Positions 36,070-49,934 of a stretch of DNA of 64,000 nt are shown here, in pieces. The notes under the pieces are model-generated. The model ran no database searches. It saw only the letters and a list, made by a program, of their open reading frames with translations, and was not told the DNA's origin. The position numbers and the translations under genes are program-made. How positions within the stretch are numbered: the stretch's first letter is position 1; each line of letters starts with the position of its first letter. The DNA is taken from the NCBI RefSeq assembly GCF_030144855.1, contig NC_082709.1, forward strand, positions 13,330,001 to 13,394,000, read 5' to 3'. The stretch is from Hypanus sabinus. Taxonomy: Eukaryota.

Positions 36070-38120
36070 AAGTTCAAGGTTCAAAGTAAATTTTATTATC
36101 AAAGTACATATGTCACCATCTACAACCCTGAAATTGATTCTCTTGTGGGCATACTCAACAAATCTATAGAATAACAACAGTAACAGGATCAATGAAAGAC
36201 TGCCCAACTAGGGCATTCAACCAGAATGCAGAAGAAAACAAACTGGCAAATACAAAATGAAAATACAATAATAATAAATAATAAACAATAAATATCAAGA
36301 GCATGAGATGAAGATAACTTGAAAGTGAATCCACTGGTTGTGGGAATATTTCAGTGATGAGGCAAATGAGGTTGAATGAAGTTATCCCCTTTGGTTAAAG
36401 AGCCTGATGGTTGAGGGGTAGTAAATGTTCCTGAACCTGGTGGTGTGAGTCCTGAGGCTTGTATATCTTCTTCCTCATGGCAGCAGTAAGAAAAGAACAT
36501 GTACTGGATGGTGGGGGTTCCTGATGATATATATGCTTTCCTATGACGTTTCATGGCTGGGAGGGCATTACCCATGATGGATTGGGTTGTAGGCACTATT
36601 TTTTGGAGGATTTTCTGTTTAAAGAAATTGGTGTTTCCATATCATGCTGTGATCTACAGCGACAAAATGCTTTGAGAGGTTGGTCATGGCTAGAATGAAC
36701 TCTTGCCTCAGCAAGGACCTGGACCCATTGCAGTTTGCCTATTACCTCAATAGGTCTATGGCAGACACAATCTTAATGGCTCTTCACATGGCCTGAGATC
36801 ACTTGGACAATAAAAACACCTCCGTCAGGATGCTGTTCTTTGACTAGCACCATCATTCCCACAGCCCTGATCGATAAGTTACAGAACCTGGGCCTCTGGA
36901 CCTCCCTCCGCAAATGGATCCTCGACTTCCTAACTGGAAGACCACAATCTGTGCGGTGATAATAACATCTCGCTGACAATCAACGCTGATACATCTCAGG
37001 AGTGTGTGCTTAGCCCACCACTCTACTCTCTCTATACCCATGACAGTGAGGCTAGGCATAGCTCAAATACCATCTATAAACTTGCTGATGATACAACCAT
37101 TGTTGGTAGAATCTCAGATGGAGATGAGAGGGCATTCAGAGCAAGAAATACCAGCTAGTGGAGTGGTGTCAAAACAACAACCTTGCACTCAATGTCAGTA
37201 AGACAAAAGAGCTGATTGTGGACTTCAGGAAGGGTGAGAAGAGGGAACACGAACCAATCCTCTTAGAGGGATCAGAAGTGGAGAGAGTGAGCAATTTCAA
37301 GTTGCTGGGTGCCAAGATCTCTAAAGATTTAATCTGGTCCCAACATATCAATGCAGCTATAAAGAATGCAAGACAGCGGCTATATTTCATTAGGAATTTG
37401 AAGAATTTGGTTTGTCACCATAGATATTCTGTGGAGAACATTCTGACAGGCTGCATCACTCTCTGCCCAAAAGACGCTAAAGAAACTTGTAAAATTTCAT
37501 CAGCTCCATCTTGAGTACAAGCCTCCACAGCATCCAAGACATTTTCAAGGAGCCGAGCCTCAGCGTGTACATTATTAAGGACCCCCATCACCCAGGACAT
37601 GCCCTCTTCTCATTGTTAGCAACAGGAAGGAGGTACAGAAGCCTGTAGGCACACACTCAGCAATTCAGGAACAGCTTCTTCCCCTCTGGCATACGATTCC
37701 TAAATGGACATTGAGCCCATGAACGCTATCCCACTTTTTCGAATCTATTATTTCAGTTCTGCACTATTTTTAAATCTAACTATTTAATATACATATATAT
37801 ATATGCTTACTGTAATTGGTTTACTGATTTTTTTTCTTTTTATATTAGCATATATTGCTTTGAACTGCTGCTGCTAAGTTAACAAATCATGACATATGCC
37901 AGTGATTATAAACTTGATTCTGATTCTGATGCAGCCTGTCAATATACTCTCCACTACACATCAATAGGAGTTTGTCAAAATTTTAGATGTTCTGCCAAAT
38001 CTCCTCATACTCCTAAGAAACTAGAGACATTGCCGTGCTTCCTTCTTAATTGCTCTAACATGCTTGGCCCAGGACAGGTCCTCAGAAATAACACTTGGGA
38101 ATTTGAAGTTGCCAACTCCC
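36070..38120. mobile_element. Nested Rex1/Babar LINEs: plus copy about 36655-37930 inside a minus copy
   Basis: Plus copy [35 protein letters not shown] with (ttctga)n tail; the minus copy resumes after 37930. Confidence 0.8.
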
Positions 38121-39904
38121 TAGATATATTCTCCATGTAGTATGTGTAAAATAATGTTTCAATACAATTTTAGCTTAAGAGAGTAAATTGAATATAAAAA
38201 AACTTAATTATTTACTCATAATACCAATACTTCAATATTTTTCTGCCCAGGTTATCCTCTTAAGCTAGCATTGTATTGACACATCTTTTAAAAGTAATAA
38301 TCGGCATTAACAATTGTTTAAACCAAACACGGGAACCTTGGGACTACTATTAAATCTTTGCTTTACTGGATGTTGTTTACTGGTAGAACTCCTCTGAATC
38401 TGAAGATTGTGGTTGTTCTTTAGACAAGCTCAGATTTCCAGGCTGTGATTCCAGTAAGGATGCTGCATTGTAGGTGTCATCCTTTATATATTAAAATATT
38501 TATTCTCCTAGGTGGATTTAAAAGGCTCAGCCCCTTATTTTGAAATAGAGCAGGGGATTTATCCTGATATCCTTTGCAATGCTTAACTCAATTAGCACAA
38601 TAGAAGGAAAAATTATTTATCTGATCATCTTTAAAGTACAGGTTTTGGGAGCTTGTGCACAAATTAGTGACTGCTTTTCAACTGCATCAGTAGCTACTCT
38701 TGAAACAGTACCGTACCTCATTGGTCATAAAGTGCTTTGGGATATCCCACGAAAGTAGAAAAGCATGATTCAAATGCAAGTTTTTTTTTATTATATATTG
38801 TAAACATATGAGGAACCATTTGCACTTTCTCACCTTTCCTTTCCAGTAAAGTACTGACCTGCACTTTGTCTATTTTGTCTCCTAGGAGCATCCCTGTTGT
38901 ATTCATTGTAAGATTCTACTCCAGATTTTTTTTCTACACTTCTATGACATTTCCTTCTGCTCTCAAATACTTTGGGAACTTTAAACTTTCCATTTTCATC
39001 CCCCAACCTGATACCACGTTATGGTTTTCAGCAACACTCGGGAGACTGTCTACACTGCATTTCAAGCGTTATTCCAAAATGTCAGTTCACCTCTCAGCGT
39101 GCATGGGGACTTAATTTCCTCAACATTTTGAGAGCATTAGTCGAGTTAAATCACTGCTGCAGGATCTTTCCTTAGCAAGGAAAGACAGGTGGAAATTGTT
39201 TTTGTAACTCGTACACCTTTAAACCCTTTCTCCCCTGTTTCCTTCCTGTGATTTACCTGCTGACTTCCCTTGCAATCAAGTATGGAAGCTAGAAACAAAG
39301 GGCTTAAGGATCCACAAGGACACCTTGACCTCCTCCTCCCTCCTTTCTAACCACAGTTCATCATTGAAATGCTCCTACTCCAAACTAACTTTTTTTGGGA
39401 GTGTTGTTCCTGATGACATGTCCTATCTGACCTATTGCTGACATGCCATCAACATGGTGCAAATGGTTCAATTTAATATATACAGTGTACAACAGGCAAT
39501 TGCTAATCTTTACAAACACCCACAAAATAGTGAGTCTGAAAAGGAGAGCCCATGGTGGAGATTGTAGTTTGAGCTGCAGTTGTAGATCAGGGATTCCACC
39601 AGGACCCCAGCCACCTTGAAAAGAAGAGACACGAAAAGAGAAGAAATATAAATGGCTTTGCGGATGAACTGGAAGAAGTTGCCTAGATCTGCAAAAACCT
39701 CTGGTGCCATCATTAGCTCCTCCCTTCATGGCTCAGAAAAGTAAAACATTTAGTGTGAGGCTGATTAGCAGTAGTCACCATTCTCACTGCATGAGTACAT
39801 GGTGGAATTATCCCCTGAAATGATTAGGATTGCCCGGTTCAATGTGATATGAACGACAGGGATTTTAATTCATTGAGTATGGGCTGGAGAGAAAGGGAAC
39901 TCTC

Positions 39905-40285
39905 ACTCTCTACTGTCTGTTATGCCACTGGCATTTGGGGCTGCAGCGAAGGTCCTCCATCTCTGGTGGTTTTCATGGCTTCCTTCATTTGTGTCAGTAG
40001 CTTCCACTTATTTTTCACTGCTCTCAGCCATGCAGGTCAGGAATACCACCACACTCAGATGTAGAATGCTTCTTCATTGCTGTTTCTGTACCAGTTTTGT
40101 TTTAGCAGTCAGGGTTGTTAGCCCTGAGCTGAACCCCCGAACCTGGGGGAATGGTGGACCACTCTTAGTCTGGTCTCTACCCTTGGAGTGCACCACGCCC
40201 AAACTCCAGCCAACGTAGCTCTCCGGGTCATTGAAGCACACAGGCCTTCAGATCCTATGACAAGGTTGTGATCCACTTGGAGGCA
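39905..40285 (-). mobile_element. RTE-related fragment
   Basis: Start (ggcatttggggctgcagcgaaggtcctccatctct) is homologous to the RTE 3' end at 31490-31540. Confidence 0.55.
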
Positions 40286-40302
40286 GAAAGGGAGCAATGT
40301 AG

Positions 40303-40595
40303 GCAAAACACTGGAGAAACTCAGCAGGACAGACAGCTGTGGAGGGAGATGAACAGTTGATGTTTCAGGCCAAGTCCTTTCATCATGGAATGGAAAGGGG
40401 ATGAGGTAGGGGTGAGTGAGGGAGTCAGGCTGGAAGGTCTGCCTTCTGCCTCCTTCCTTTCCAGTCTTGATGCAGGTTCTCAGTCTGAAAAGTCGACTGC
40501 TTATTGCCCCCATAGACGCTGCCTGATCTGCTGAATTCCTCCAGCATTTTGTGTGTGTTGCTTGAGATTTCCAGCATCTGCAGAATCTCATGTCT
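40303..40595. mobile_element. Penelope-like hairpin, older copy
   Basis: Inverted arms homologous to 23052-23359, with decayed hammerhead motifs. Confidence 0.7.
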
Positions 40596-40739
40596 CTGGA
40601 GAGAAAGGGAGTTTTGTTGAGAGGGGGTGGGAAGGAGGCCAACAGCATAAGGTTATAGACAGAGAGGCAATTTACGAACTAGTAAGTAGATCACCATGAT
40701 AGGAACATGGTGAACAAAATTGGATCACACAGTGATTCG

Positions 40740-42280
40740 GGAAGGCTGAGTGCCTTCTATGCATTGAAGGAGGTAACATTGAGGAAAGCCCTCTCGGCAC
40801 CTGAGGAAAAGGCACCTTTTCTGGCCGCAGCTGATATGAGGAGAATCCTAGCCAGGGTAAATGTGCTCAAAGGTGCGGGGCCAAACAATATACCTGGTCA
40901 GGTGCAGCCCAGCTAACCAAGGTCTTAATATCTCATTGAAACAGTCCTTTGGCCCTGCAGGCTTCAAGGCAGCCATCATCATTCTGGGCCCAAGAGAGCG
41001 ATGGTAACTGGCCTAAATGATTATGCCGTACTGACTTAAACAGTTTACTTTCTCCCTATCAAATTTCAAGTTGACCTCAATCATATTGTAATCACTGCAT
41101 CCTAAGAGCTCCTTTACTTTAAGCTCCCTAATCACCTCTTTTTTTTTAAATTTTATGGTTTGTATTTATTTATTGACATACAGCACAAAATAGGCCTTTC
41201 CGGCCCTTTGAGCCACACCGCCCCGCAAACTTTGATTTAACTCTAGCATAATCATGCGACAATTTACGTTGATCAATTAACTTACCAACCAGTGTGACTT
41301 TGGACTGTGGGAGGAAACTGGAGCACCTGGAGGAAACCCACATCTTCATGGGGAAAACATACATACACCTTACAGGCAGTAACGGGAATTGAACCCAGAT
41401 TGCTGGTACTGTAAAGCATTGTGCTAACTACTACACTACTGTGCTGCCCCCCCATTCTGTTCATTACATAACACCCAATCTACTATAGCTGGTCCCCTTG
41501 CTCTAAAAAGCCATCTCATAGGTATTCAACACATACACTTTCTTGAGATCCATGACCAACCTGATCTTTCCAGCCTAACTGCACGCTAAAATCTCCCATG
41601 ACTATCATAACATTGCTCTTTTGACACACATTTTTTTATTTCCTGCTGTAATCTATAGTCCACATCCCAGCTACTGTTTGGTGACCTGATCATCCTTCAG
41701 AGGCTGGTGGATAAGCTGGCCTTGCTGGGATTCAGCAAGACTTTCTGTAGCCAGATCTTGATAGAAAGACCCCAGTCAGTCCAAGTTGGTAACAACATCT
41801 TCAGCTCCATCACGCTAAGCATTGGTGATCCCAGTGCCATGTGCTCAGCCCACTGCTGTTCATGCAGTTGACTCATGACTACAATGCCAGATCCAACTCA
41901 AGTTGCATCACCAAGTTCACGCATGATGTACATGGCTCTCATCAGCAACAATGATGAGTCAACATACAAGGAGGAGGTGGAGAAGATTGTAAAATTGTGT
42001 GAGAACAACAACTGGATTCTCATCTGGTACAAGACAAAAGAGATGACGATGGACTTCAGGAAGGAACAGGTCGATCACTCTCCATCACATATCAATGGCT
42101 CTGTTGTGGAGAGAGTGAAGAACACAACGATCTTGGTGTGCACATAATGGTTGATCTAACTTGGACCCACAACATTCCTCACTAGTGAAAGAGGCACAGC
42201 ATGGTCTACACTTTCTGAGAAGATTGAGGACTGCAAGCTCCCTGCTCCTACTTTAATAGCTTTCTGCAGGAGAACCGTTG
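40740..42280 (+). mobile_element. Old Rex1/Babar-like LINE fragments with nested insertions
   Basis: KGAGPNNIPGQV and YKTKEMTMDFRK motifs. Confidence 0.65.
41160..41452 (-). mobile_element. V-SINE (HE1-like)
   Basis: ttggactgtgggaggaaac V-domain-like segment; gggaattgaacc is the reverse B-box. Confidence 0.8.
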
Positions 42281-43141
42281 AAATTATTTGGGCATAACCT
42301 TTAACCATGGGTAACAAAGATTTGAAGGACGAGGAGGTGATGTATGAACTAGATTAGTAGACAAAGCCCTCTTTTGTTATCTGTAAATGCTGAATAAATT
42401 TTCTTGCTTTCAGTGAATAACTCAATTCCCATCAGTGAAGCATTTAATGCTGTTGTGCAGCAAGTCCTATACATTTTTGGACTGATTATGGTTGCCAAAA
42501 CCATGGACTCTGCTGCAGGGTCTATGTGTCTTCACAGGTGAGCTGTACAGCAGGTTAGGCAATTGTGCTCGAGAGTATACACGTTCCAGCTAATTCCTGT
42601 TGCATTATGGCAGTACTTAACTCCCTTATTTTTGTTGTAGTCTTGTTGAGATGAGCAAAGCACAGCAATGTTATTCTCCCAGTTTACTCTTGTCTTTGAG
42701 AAAGAGGATTATCATTCAAGCTGACGCTGAAAACAAGTGGTTTTCATTTAGTATTGCTTTCAGCCACAGCGAGGGCATTTTAGTTTCAGTTTGGAAGTTT
42801 TTGTTAATGGCCCTGTTGGCTTAATGTTTAATATTTTCCTTTTCTTAAAAGTTCTGCAAAGTTTGCATTGAACTGTCGACATGCATCAGTGTCTCTCCCT
42901 CCGCACTTGGGTAGTATCTGAACATTCTGAATCTGCTGTATAAATACAAGGTGATTACAATCTCCATCGAGCCTAATCAATTCTCTTTGACATTTGGAAA
43001 CAACAAATTCTGGGGATCATCACTGACTAGTAATTTACCTGGCTTAGGCAGAAAATTGCTAAGCAAGAAGAAAGTAGTTTATTCCACAACGTGGGTCCAG
43101 GTTCCTGACTTATATTCCAAGGTATACGAGGAACTGATTGA

Positions 43142-43695
43142 AGTCAGAATCAGAATCAGCTTTGTTATCACCAGCATATGTTGTGAAATTTGTTAACCTT
43201 GCAGCAGCAGCACAATGCAACACATTATAATAGAAAATAGAAAGAAAACAGTGAATTGCAGCAATATATAAAATCATTAATAAAATAAGCAGTGAGAAAA
43301 TAGAAATTAAAAATAAGTAGTGAGCTAGTGTCCATGGGTTCAATGTCCATTCAGAAATCAGATGGCACAGGGGAAGAAGCAGTTCCTGAATCATTAAACG
43401 TGTGCCTTCAGGCTTCTGTACCTCCTCCCTGATGGTAACAAAGTGGGCATGTCCTGGCTGATGCAGTCCTTAATGATAGACACTACATTTCCGAGGCACC
43501 GCTCTTTGAAGATGTCCTGGCTACTATAGAGACCAGTGCCCATGTGATGCTGACTAAATTTACAACTCTTAGCATCTTATTTTGATCCTGTGCAGTAGCC
43601 ACCTTCAGATCTCCCCCTCCCCCTGCCAATACCAGACAATGATGCAGCCACTTAGAATGCTTTCCACAGTACATCTGTAGAAATTTGCAAGTGTA
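43142..43695 (-). mobile_element. Rex1/Babar-like LINE 3' end
   Basis: (cagaat)n tail and homology to 26715-27225. Confidence 0.75.
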
Positions 43696-44427
43696 CTGAA
43701 ATACTCAACACTTCTTTGAATGAAGGTATTTCCAACACCGATCAATCTCAAAGTCACCCATTTAAAGCATCAGCTTCCAGCTCATCCGCAACACGTCCTG
43801 TCACCTTCATTCTGCTGCTCTACGTGGCTGTAGCACACACAATCGACACAATCAAGGCAGCAAGTTGCCAGGGCTTATTTGACAGCGTTTGAAAAATTAG
43901 CAACTTCTAGATGGACAAGGGCAGCAAGTAATATGTTTGACATCACACACGATCATGATTTGAAAATATAATTGCTATATATCTTTGTTGCTGTGATAAT
44001 GGTCTAAAATCTCAATACTTACTCGACAGTGATGTTGCTTCCAGATCAAGAATTGACTGGTTGCATTGTGATCTAGTACTGTACTATAGTTCAAATGTTC
44101 AGGCATCCAACAGGTTTCAGAGAGTTTGGGACTCAGCTTAATACATCATGGGTATGTACTTCCCTCCCCCCTGCATGATCCACTGCCTGAGAAAGAGAAT
44201 ATTCATCATCAAAAATCATCACTGTATAAGCATGCAATCTTACAGATACCATCTAGAACTGGTTGGCGGGCTAGGGATAACGTCACTACCAAAGGAGGTG
44301 TAAGTTGCTCCTTCCCTGTGCTAGCTTGAGGGCAACCTTTGGGCAAGGTGTAGCTTAGTCCCTTGATCAAAGACACATGAAGCATTGGGAACGGATGGTG
44401 GATTGTTGTATGAATGTCTGGTACATA

Positions 44428-44806
44428 TAAGACCATAAGACCATAAGATATAGGAGCATAATTAGACCATTTGGCCCATCGTGTCTGCTCCGCCGTTTCA
44501 TCATGGCTGATCCAATTTTCCTCTCAGCCCCAATCTCCTGCTTTGTCCCTGTATCACTTCATGCTCAGGGTAATCAAGAATCTGGCAATGTCTGCCTTAA
44601 ACATACATAAATACTTGGCGTCCACAGCTGCTTGTGGCAAAGGATTCCACAGATTTACCACTCTCTGGTTAAAGAAATTCCTCCTCATCTCCATTCTAAA
44701 ATGACACCTATCTGTTCTGAGGCTGTGCCCTCTTAGACTCAGCCACCATAGGAAACATTCTCTTCACATCCACTTTATCAAGTTCTTTCAGCATTCAATA
44801 GATTTC
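44428..44806 (-). mobile_element. CR1 3' end, target of the L1 insertion
   Basis: ataagacc tail repeats and CR1-type 3' UTR. Confidence 0.75.
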
Positions 44807-47308
44807 TTTTTTTGTAACTTATTTTTTTATTGAAGTTCATCATCAAACAAACATTTCCATAAGATGTATTTCAGACATTGTACATATATATCATATAATC
44901 ATATACATCACAAATCTCCACATAGTATTTATCTGAGGTATACACTTATAGAAAGAAGTGGAGAGAAAAAACAAGCAAAAGGAAAAAACTATGTACAAGT
45001 AGGGAGTGATCATTTTTTACAACATATTCATTGATTTGTGAGAATAAAATCAGGCCAATGAAGCAAGTAGTTTAACCATTTTTCCCAGTATGAATCAAAT
45101 TGTTCCAGCTTATGATTAACAGATGCTGTTATCTTCTCCATTTTGTAAATGTCCATTGTAATTTCCATCCATGCATTTAAAGTTGGACTCTCCTGTGTTA
45201 ACCATTTCTTAGTGAGAGTCTTTTTACCAGCCACCAACAGTATATTCATTAAATATTTATTTCTTTTCAACCATTCTTGAGGTATATATCCAAAATATAT
45301 GGTCTTACTCTCACATTTAAAGATGTCTTGTAGGGCATTGTGTATCCCCCTCCAGTAGTCTTTGATAACAGGGCGGTCCCAAAAATATGATAATGATTTG
45401 CATTTTGATTTCCACAATTTTTCCAGTAAACAGGGAGGTTACTATCATAATGGGATTTCTGAGAGGGTGTAATAAAATATCTTATCAAGTTTTTCCATCC
45501 AAACTCCATCCATTTCTGTGAACTGGTACACTTCCATTGATACCTCCATATTATTGTCCATTCTTCCTCAGATATAATTATCCCTCCTACCTTCTCTCAT
45601 TTTGTTTTAATGTATGAAGTCGAATGTGTTTTAAGATTTGACAACCCCTTATACATGCTTGAAATGATTCTACTACCGTTATCTGAATTATATACTTTTC
45701 TAAATAGTTCTATCAAGCATATACTTGCCTTGGTTACATTTTTAAGCATCTTATGAACATATTGTCGCATCTGTAAATACAGATAAAAATCTTGTTTTTC
45801 TAATAAGTGTTTCTCTTTAAGCATTTCAAAACTGAACAGTGTTCCTTCTTTAATTATGTTGCAAATAACTGTTATTCCTTTAGCTGTCCAGTCCTTAAAT
45901 CTAGCATCCAACTTATTTGGTGTAAAATCCGAGTCATATGCACACCGTTTAAGAATTGCAGTATCTCCCTCTAGATTATATTCTTTTATAGTAGTTTTCC
46001 ATATTTTAAGAGTCAATTTCACCCATGGGTTATCAATAGTATTTATTTACCTTTGCAGGTTGTTGTCAGCCAAAATTGCTTGTATGAGGATTGGAAGAAC
46101 CCGCTCCTCAATGTTTTTCTATTGAGAATCATATGATGGGTTGCACCAACATATCATCACAGCTCTCAGCTGTGCTGCAAAATAATAATCTCTAAGAGAA
46201 TGTAGGCCCCATCCCCCCTTTTCCTTTGCTAATTGCAAAGTTTTGAGACGAACTCTAGGCCTTTTACCCTGCCAAATATACCTTGATAACATCTTGTTCC
46301 ATTCATTGAATTGATTTTGATTAATCTCTATTCATAGGGTCTGAAAGAGATATAACACTCTGGGCAGTATATTCATTTTAATAGACTCAATCCTTGAACT
46401 GAGACTGAGAAAAGGAATCAGGTTCCATCTTGCCATTTCTTCCTTAATTTTTTTATATAAAGGCTGATAATTACATTCTGATAATTTTGCCAAATCTTTT
46501 GGCATAATGATGCCCAAACATTTGAAAGACTCTGTTTTCCATGCCCAGGGATATCTACTTTCAATTTCTCTTGGTGAGCTATAGTGATATGAAAGTAATT
46601 GGATTTTATCTATGTTGATCTTGTATTCTGATAATTGACCATATTGTTCAAAGGATTGCATCAATTTAGGTAAAGAGTATGTTGGTTCTAAAAAAGGCAC
46701 AAATGCCACCCAGTTGGAAGGAAGCGATAATCTCAGCTATACCGAAAGAAGGCAAGGATAAAATGGAATGCGGGTCATTTAGACCAATATCTGTTCTTAA
46801 TGTAGATTATAGATTATTTACCTCCATCATGGCCTAACGATTAAAGGAAATTCTACCCATACTGATACGTAACGATCAGACAGGTTTTATACGACAACGC
46901 CAGAGATAATATTCGAAGGGCACTTCACATTATGGATCATATACAAAAAAAATAAAATCGAAGCAATAGAGATAAGTGTGGATGCTGAAAAGGCATTTGA
47001 TTTGGTTAATTGGAATTTTCTTTACAGAGTTTTACATAGATTTGGTTTCCAAGACACAATTATTAAAACTATACAGGCACTATATGACAATCCCACTGCT
47101 AGAATTAAAATCAATGGATATTTATCAAATAGTCTTACCCTAGAAAGGGGCACAAGACAGGATTGTGCATGGTCACCACTACTCTTCGCATTATATCTGG
47201 AACCATTCGCTCAATACATCAGACAAAATGAAGATATCAGGGGAATTACTATTAAAGGGACAGAGCATAAATTAGCTTGTTACACGGATGACATTTTGAT
47301 CTATCTAG
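44807..47308 (-). mobile_element. L1-clade LINE with 5' inversion (minus 44807-~46688; inverted plus segment ~46689-47308)
   Basis: Perfect 17-bp TSD agcattcaatagatttc (44790-44806, 47309-47325); poly-T at the left end; plus segment DAEKAFD...RGTRQ...YTDDILIYL, minus segment PTYSLPKL...KMNILPR and ORF2 C-terminus. Confidence 0.92.
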
Positions 47309-47451
47309 AGCATTCAATAGATTTCAATGAGAAGTGATGCAAAATAATTATTTACTTTGTCTGCTATCTCATTGTTCCCTATGACTACCTTTCCAACATC
47401 ATTTTCCAGTGGTCCAATATCTATTCTGCCTCTCTTTTACTCTTTATGTAT

Positions 47452-48292
47452 AGAACATAGAAATTTATGGCACGTTATGGGCCCATAATGTTGTAACCTA
47501 CTCTAGAGACAGCCTAGATTTACGCTAGCGCATAACCCTCTATTTGTCTAAGCTCCATGTACCTATCTAACAGGCTCTTAATAGACCCTATTGCATCTGC
47601 TGCCACCACTGCTGTTGGCAGTGCATTCCACAAATCCACCACTCCCTGTGTGAAAAATTACCCCTGACATTCCCTTGGTACCTATTTTCAAGCACCTTAT
47701 AGTTATGCCCCCTCAGCCCTGGGAAAAAAGCCTCTGGCTATCTACATGATCAATGCCCCTCATCATCTTATACACCTCTATCAGGTCACCTCTCATCCTC
47801 CGTCGCTCCAAGGAGAAAAGGCCAAGTTCACTCAACCTATTCTCATAAGGAACACCCTCCAATCCAGACAACATCCTTGTAAATCTCCTATGCACTCTCC
47901 CATTCTTCCTGTAGTGAGGTGACCAGAACTGAACACAATACTCCAATTGGGGTCTGACCAAGGTCTTGTATAGCTGTAACATTACTTCATGGCTCTCAAA
48001 CTCAACCCCATGGTTGATAATTGCCAACCTACCATATGCCTTCTTAACAACACTGTCAACCTGCGCAGCAGCTTTGAGTGTCCTATCACCACGGACCCCA
48101 AGATCTCTCAGATCCTCTTTGCTGCCTAAGGTCTTACAATTGATATTATATTCTGTCCTCAAATTGGACCTACTAAAATGAACCACTTCACACTTAAATG
48201 GGTTGAAATCCATCTGCAACTTCTCAGCCCAGTTCTGCATCCTATCAATGTCCCACTGTAACCTCTGACAACCCTCCAGCTATCCACAACAC
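47452..48292 (-). mobile_element. CR1 LINE 3' part
   Basis: ORF 47713-48240 (LYKTLVRPQLEYCVQFWSP...LFSLERRRMRGDLIEVYK). Confidence 0.9.
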
Positions 48293-48694
48293 TTCTTTTT
48301 GCTGTTGATCATCTCCAAGCTCACAACCTAAGGAAGTCAATGCTCTAACTCATATTATCCAATCAGAACAAAGATAATGTGTAAGAATCCATTCATCACC
48401 ATCTTGCTACAGGCCATCACATGCAGTGGAGGAATTAATCCAAATTTATGAAAATAATGCTGGCGAGAAAGGATAATTTCCTGTTTCCATGTAAAACCTT
48501 GAATGGGAAGCTAGGCTCTATTGTGCTCCTTAACATCTCCTGTATACTTAGAGCTTCCACTTTATCTTTATTTCTTGCCCTGATGTTGTGACTGTATGTG
48601 ATTTAACGAAGAATTGCTTGTTTGCCACAGAAGAGGCTGAAGATGCCTTGAAGGACAACCTCAAAGAGCTCCAGACATAGATGGTGTAGCCTTT

Positions 48695-48965
48695 TATTTT
48701 TTGCAGTACAGGGTCAACCCTTCCAGTTTTTCAAGCCATGGTGTTCCAGGAACGCCAGACAAACCCAATTAACCCTAGCCTGACCATAGGACAATTTACA
48801 ATGACCAATTAACATGCCCGGTACGTCTTTGGACTGTGGGAGGAAACTGGAAGGTCCGGAGAAAACCACGGGGAGAACGTACAGAGACTCCTTACAGAAT
48901 GGCACCAGAATTGAAATCTGAACCACAGAACACCCCGAGCTTTAATAGTGTGGTGCTAACCATGG
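48695..48965 (-). mobile_element. V-SINE (HE1-like)
   Basis: ctttggactgtgggaggaaactgg; homology to 272-552. Confidence 0.75.
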
Positions 48966-49934
48966 TGTCCTTCCCAGTCTTGGAAAGTACAGCCTTGGCA
49001 TGAATGTTAACAGTTTAGCTATCAGATTGAGAGGCATTAGCAACATGATTGTTGAAGTGGTAGTGGTGTGATTTCAATACAGTTATCCTGGGAGAGAACA
49101 GTTTATATGTGCTTTGCAGATTGGGCTTCAGCAATCCTCTTTATTTGTACAAAAATATGAGCTTACACTGCAGAATGACAACATTGAATTACTTCCACGT
49201 GGGCTGCATTGAAAGGTCATCAGATGATGCAGATTTACCCTTGACCTTACAATCTACCTTATTATCATCTTGCATCTTACTGTCTACCTGCACTGCACTT
49301 TTCCCGTAGTTGTTATACTTGCTTCCCCATTCTGTTATTGTTTTATCCTGTACTACCTTGATGCACGGTGTAATGATTTGATCTGTATGGACAATATGCA
49401 AGATAAGCCTCTCACTGTACTTTGGTACATGTGACAATAATAAACCAATTCCAATTCCACAGACGTTTGCAACGAGTTGTTGAAATGAAGCCGGGTCCTT
49501 CTTCCATGCTGTTAAGTATATGTTCCTAGCTACATGTAAATCCTCCTGTAAAGGGTTTTCCAAGCATGAACATATTCCGTAAACATGTACACTTTCAGGT
49601 GTAACAATCTTCAAATGAGCAGACCCAGGTGTGGAACAAGCTCCAGACTTAACAGTGGAAATTTAAAATGAAGATTTACTTGGGGAATAATACAGAGAAT
49701 AATCAACTGAAGAGGTCACTTACCTGGAAATTGATCACACAGATAGTTCACTCAGAACGCGAATCCAGGACTCAGCAATGATCATTGGTCCAGAATAACG
49801 TTAAATAGAACATAAAATAAAAAAAAACTATTCACTTCAGAGCAAGAAGCATAAGGGAACTGTATTCACATAACAAGTGTCACAAAAACACAGCTTAATG
49901 ATAAAAATAGTCATTAAACAACTCTAATCATCCA

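Noticed and set aside
48631-48680. Possible terminal exon EEAEDALKDNLKELQT*
   Set aside because: Too short, no upstream partner exon, and it also resembles an RTE C-terminal remnant
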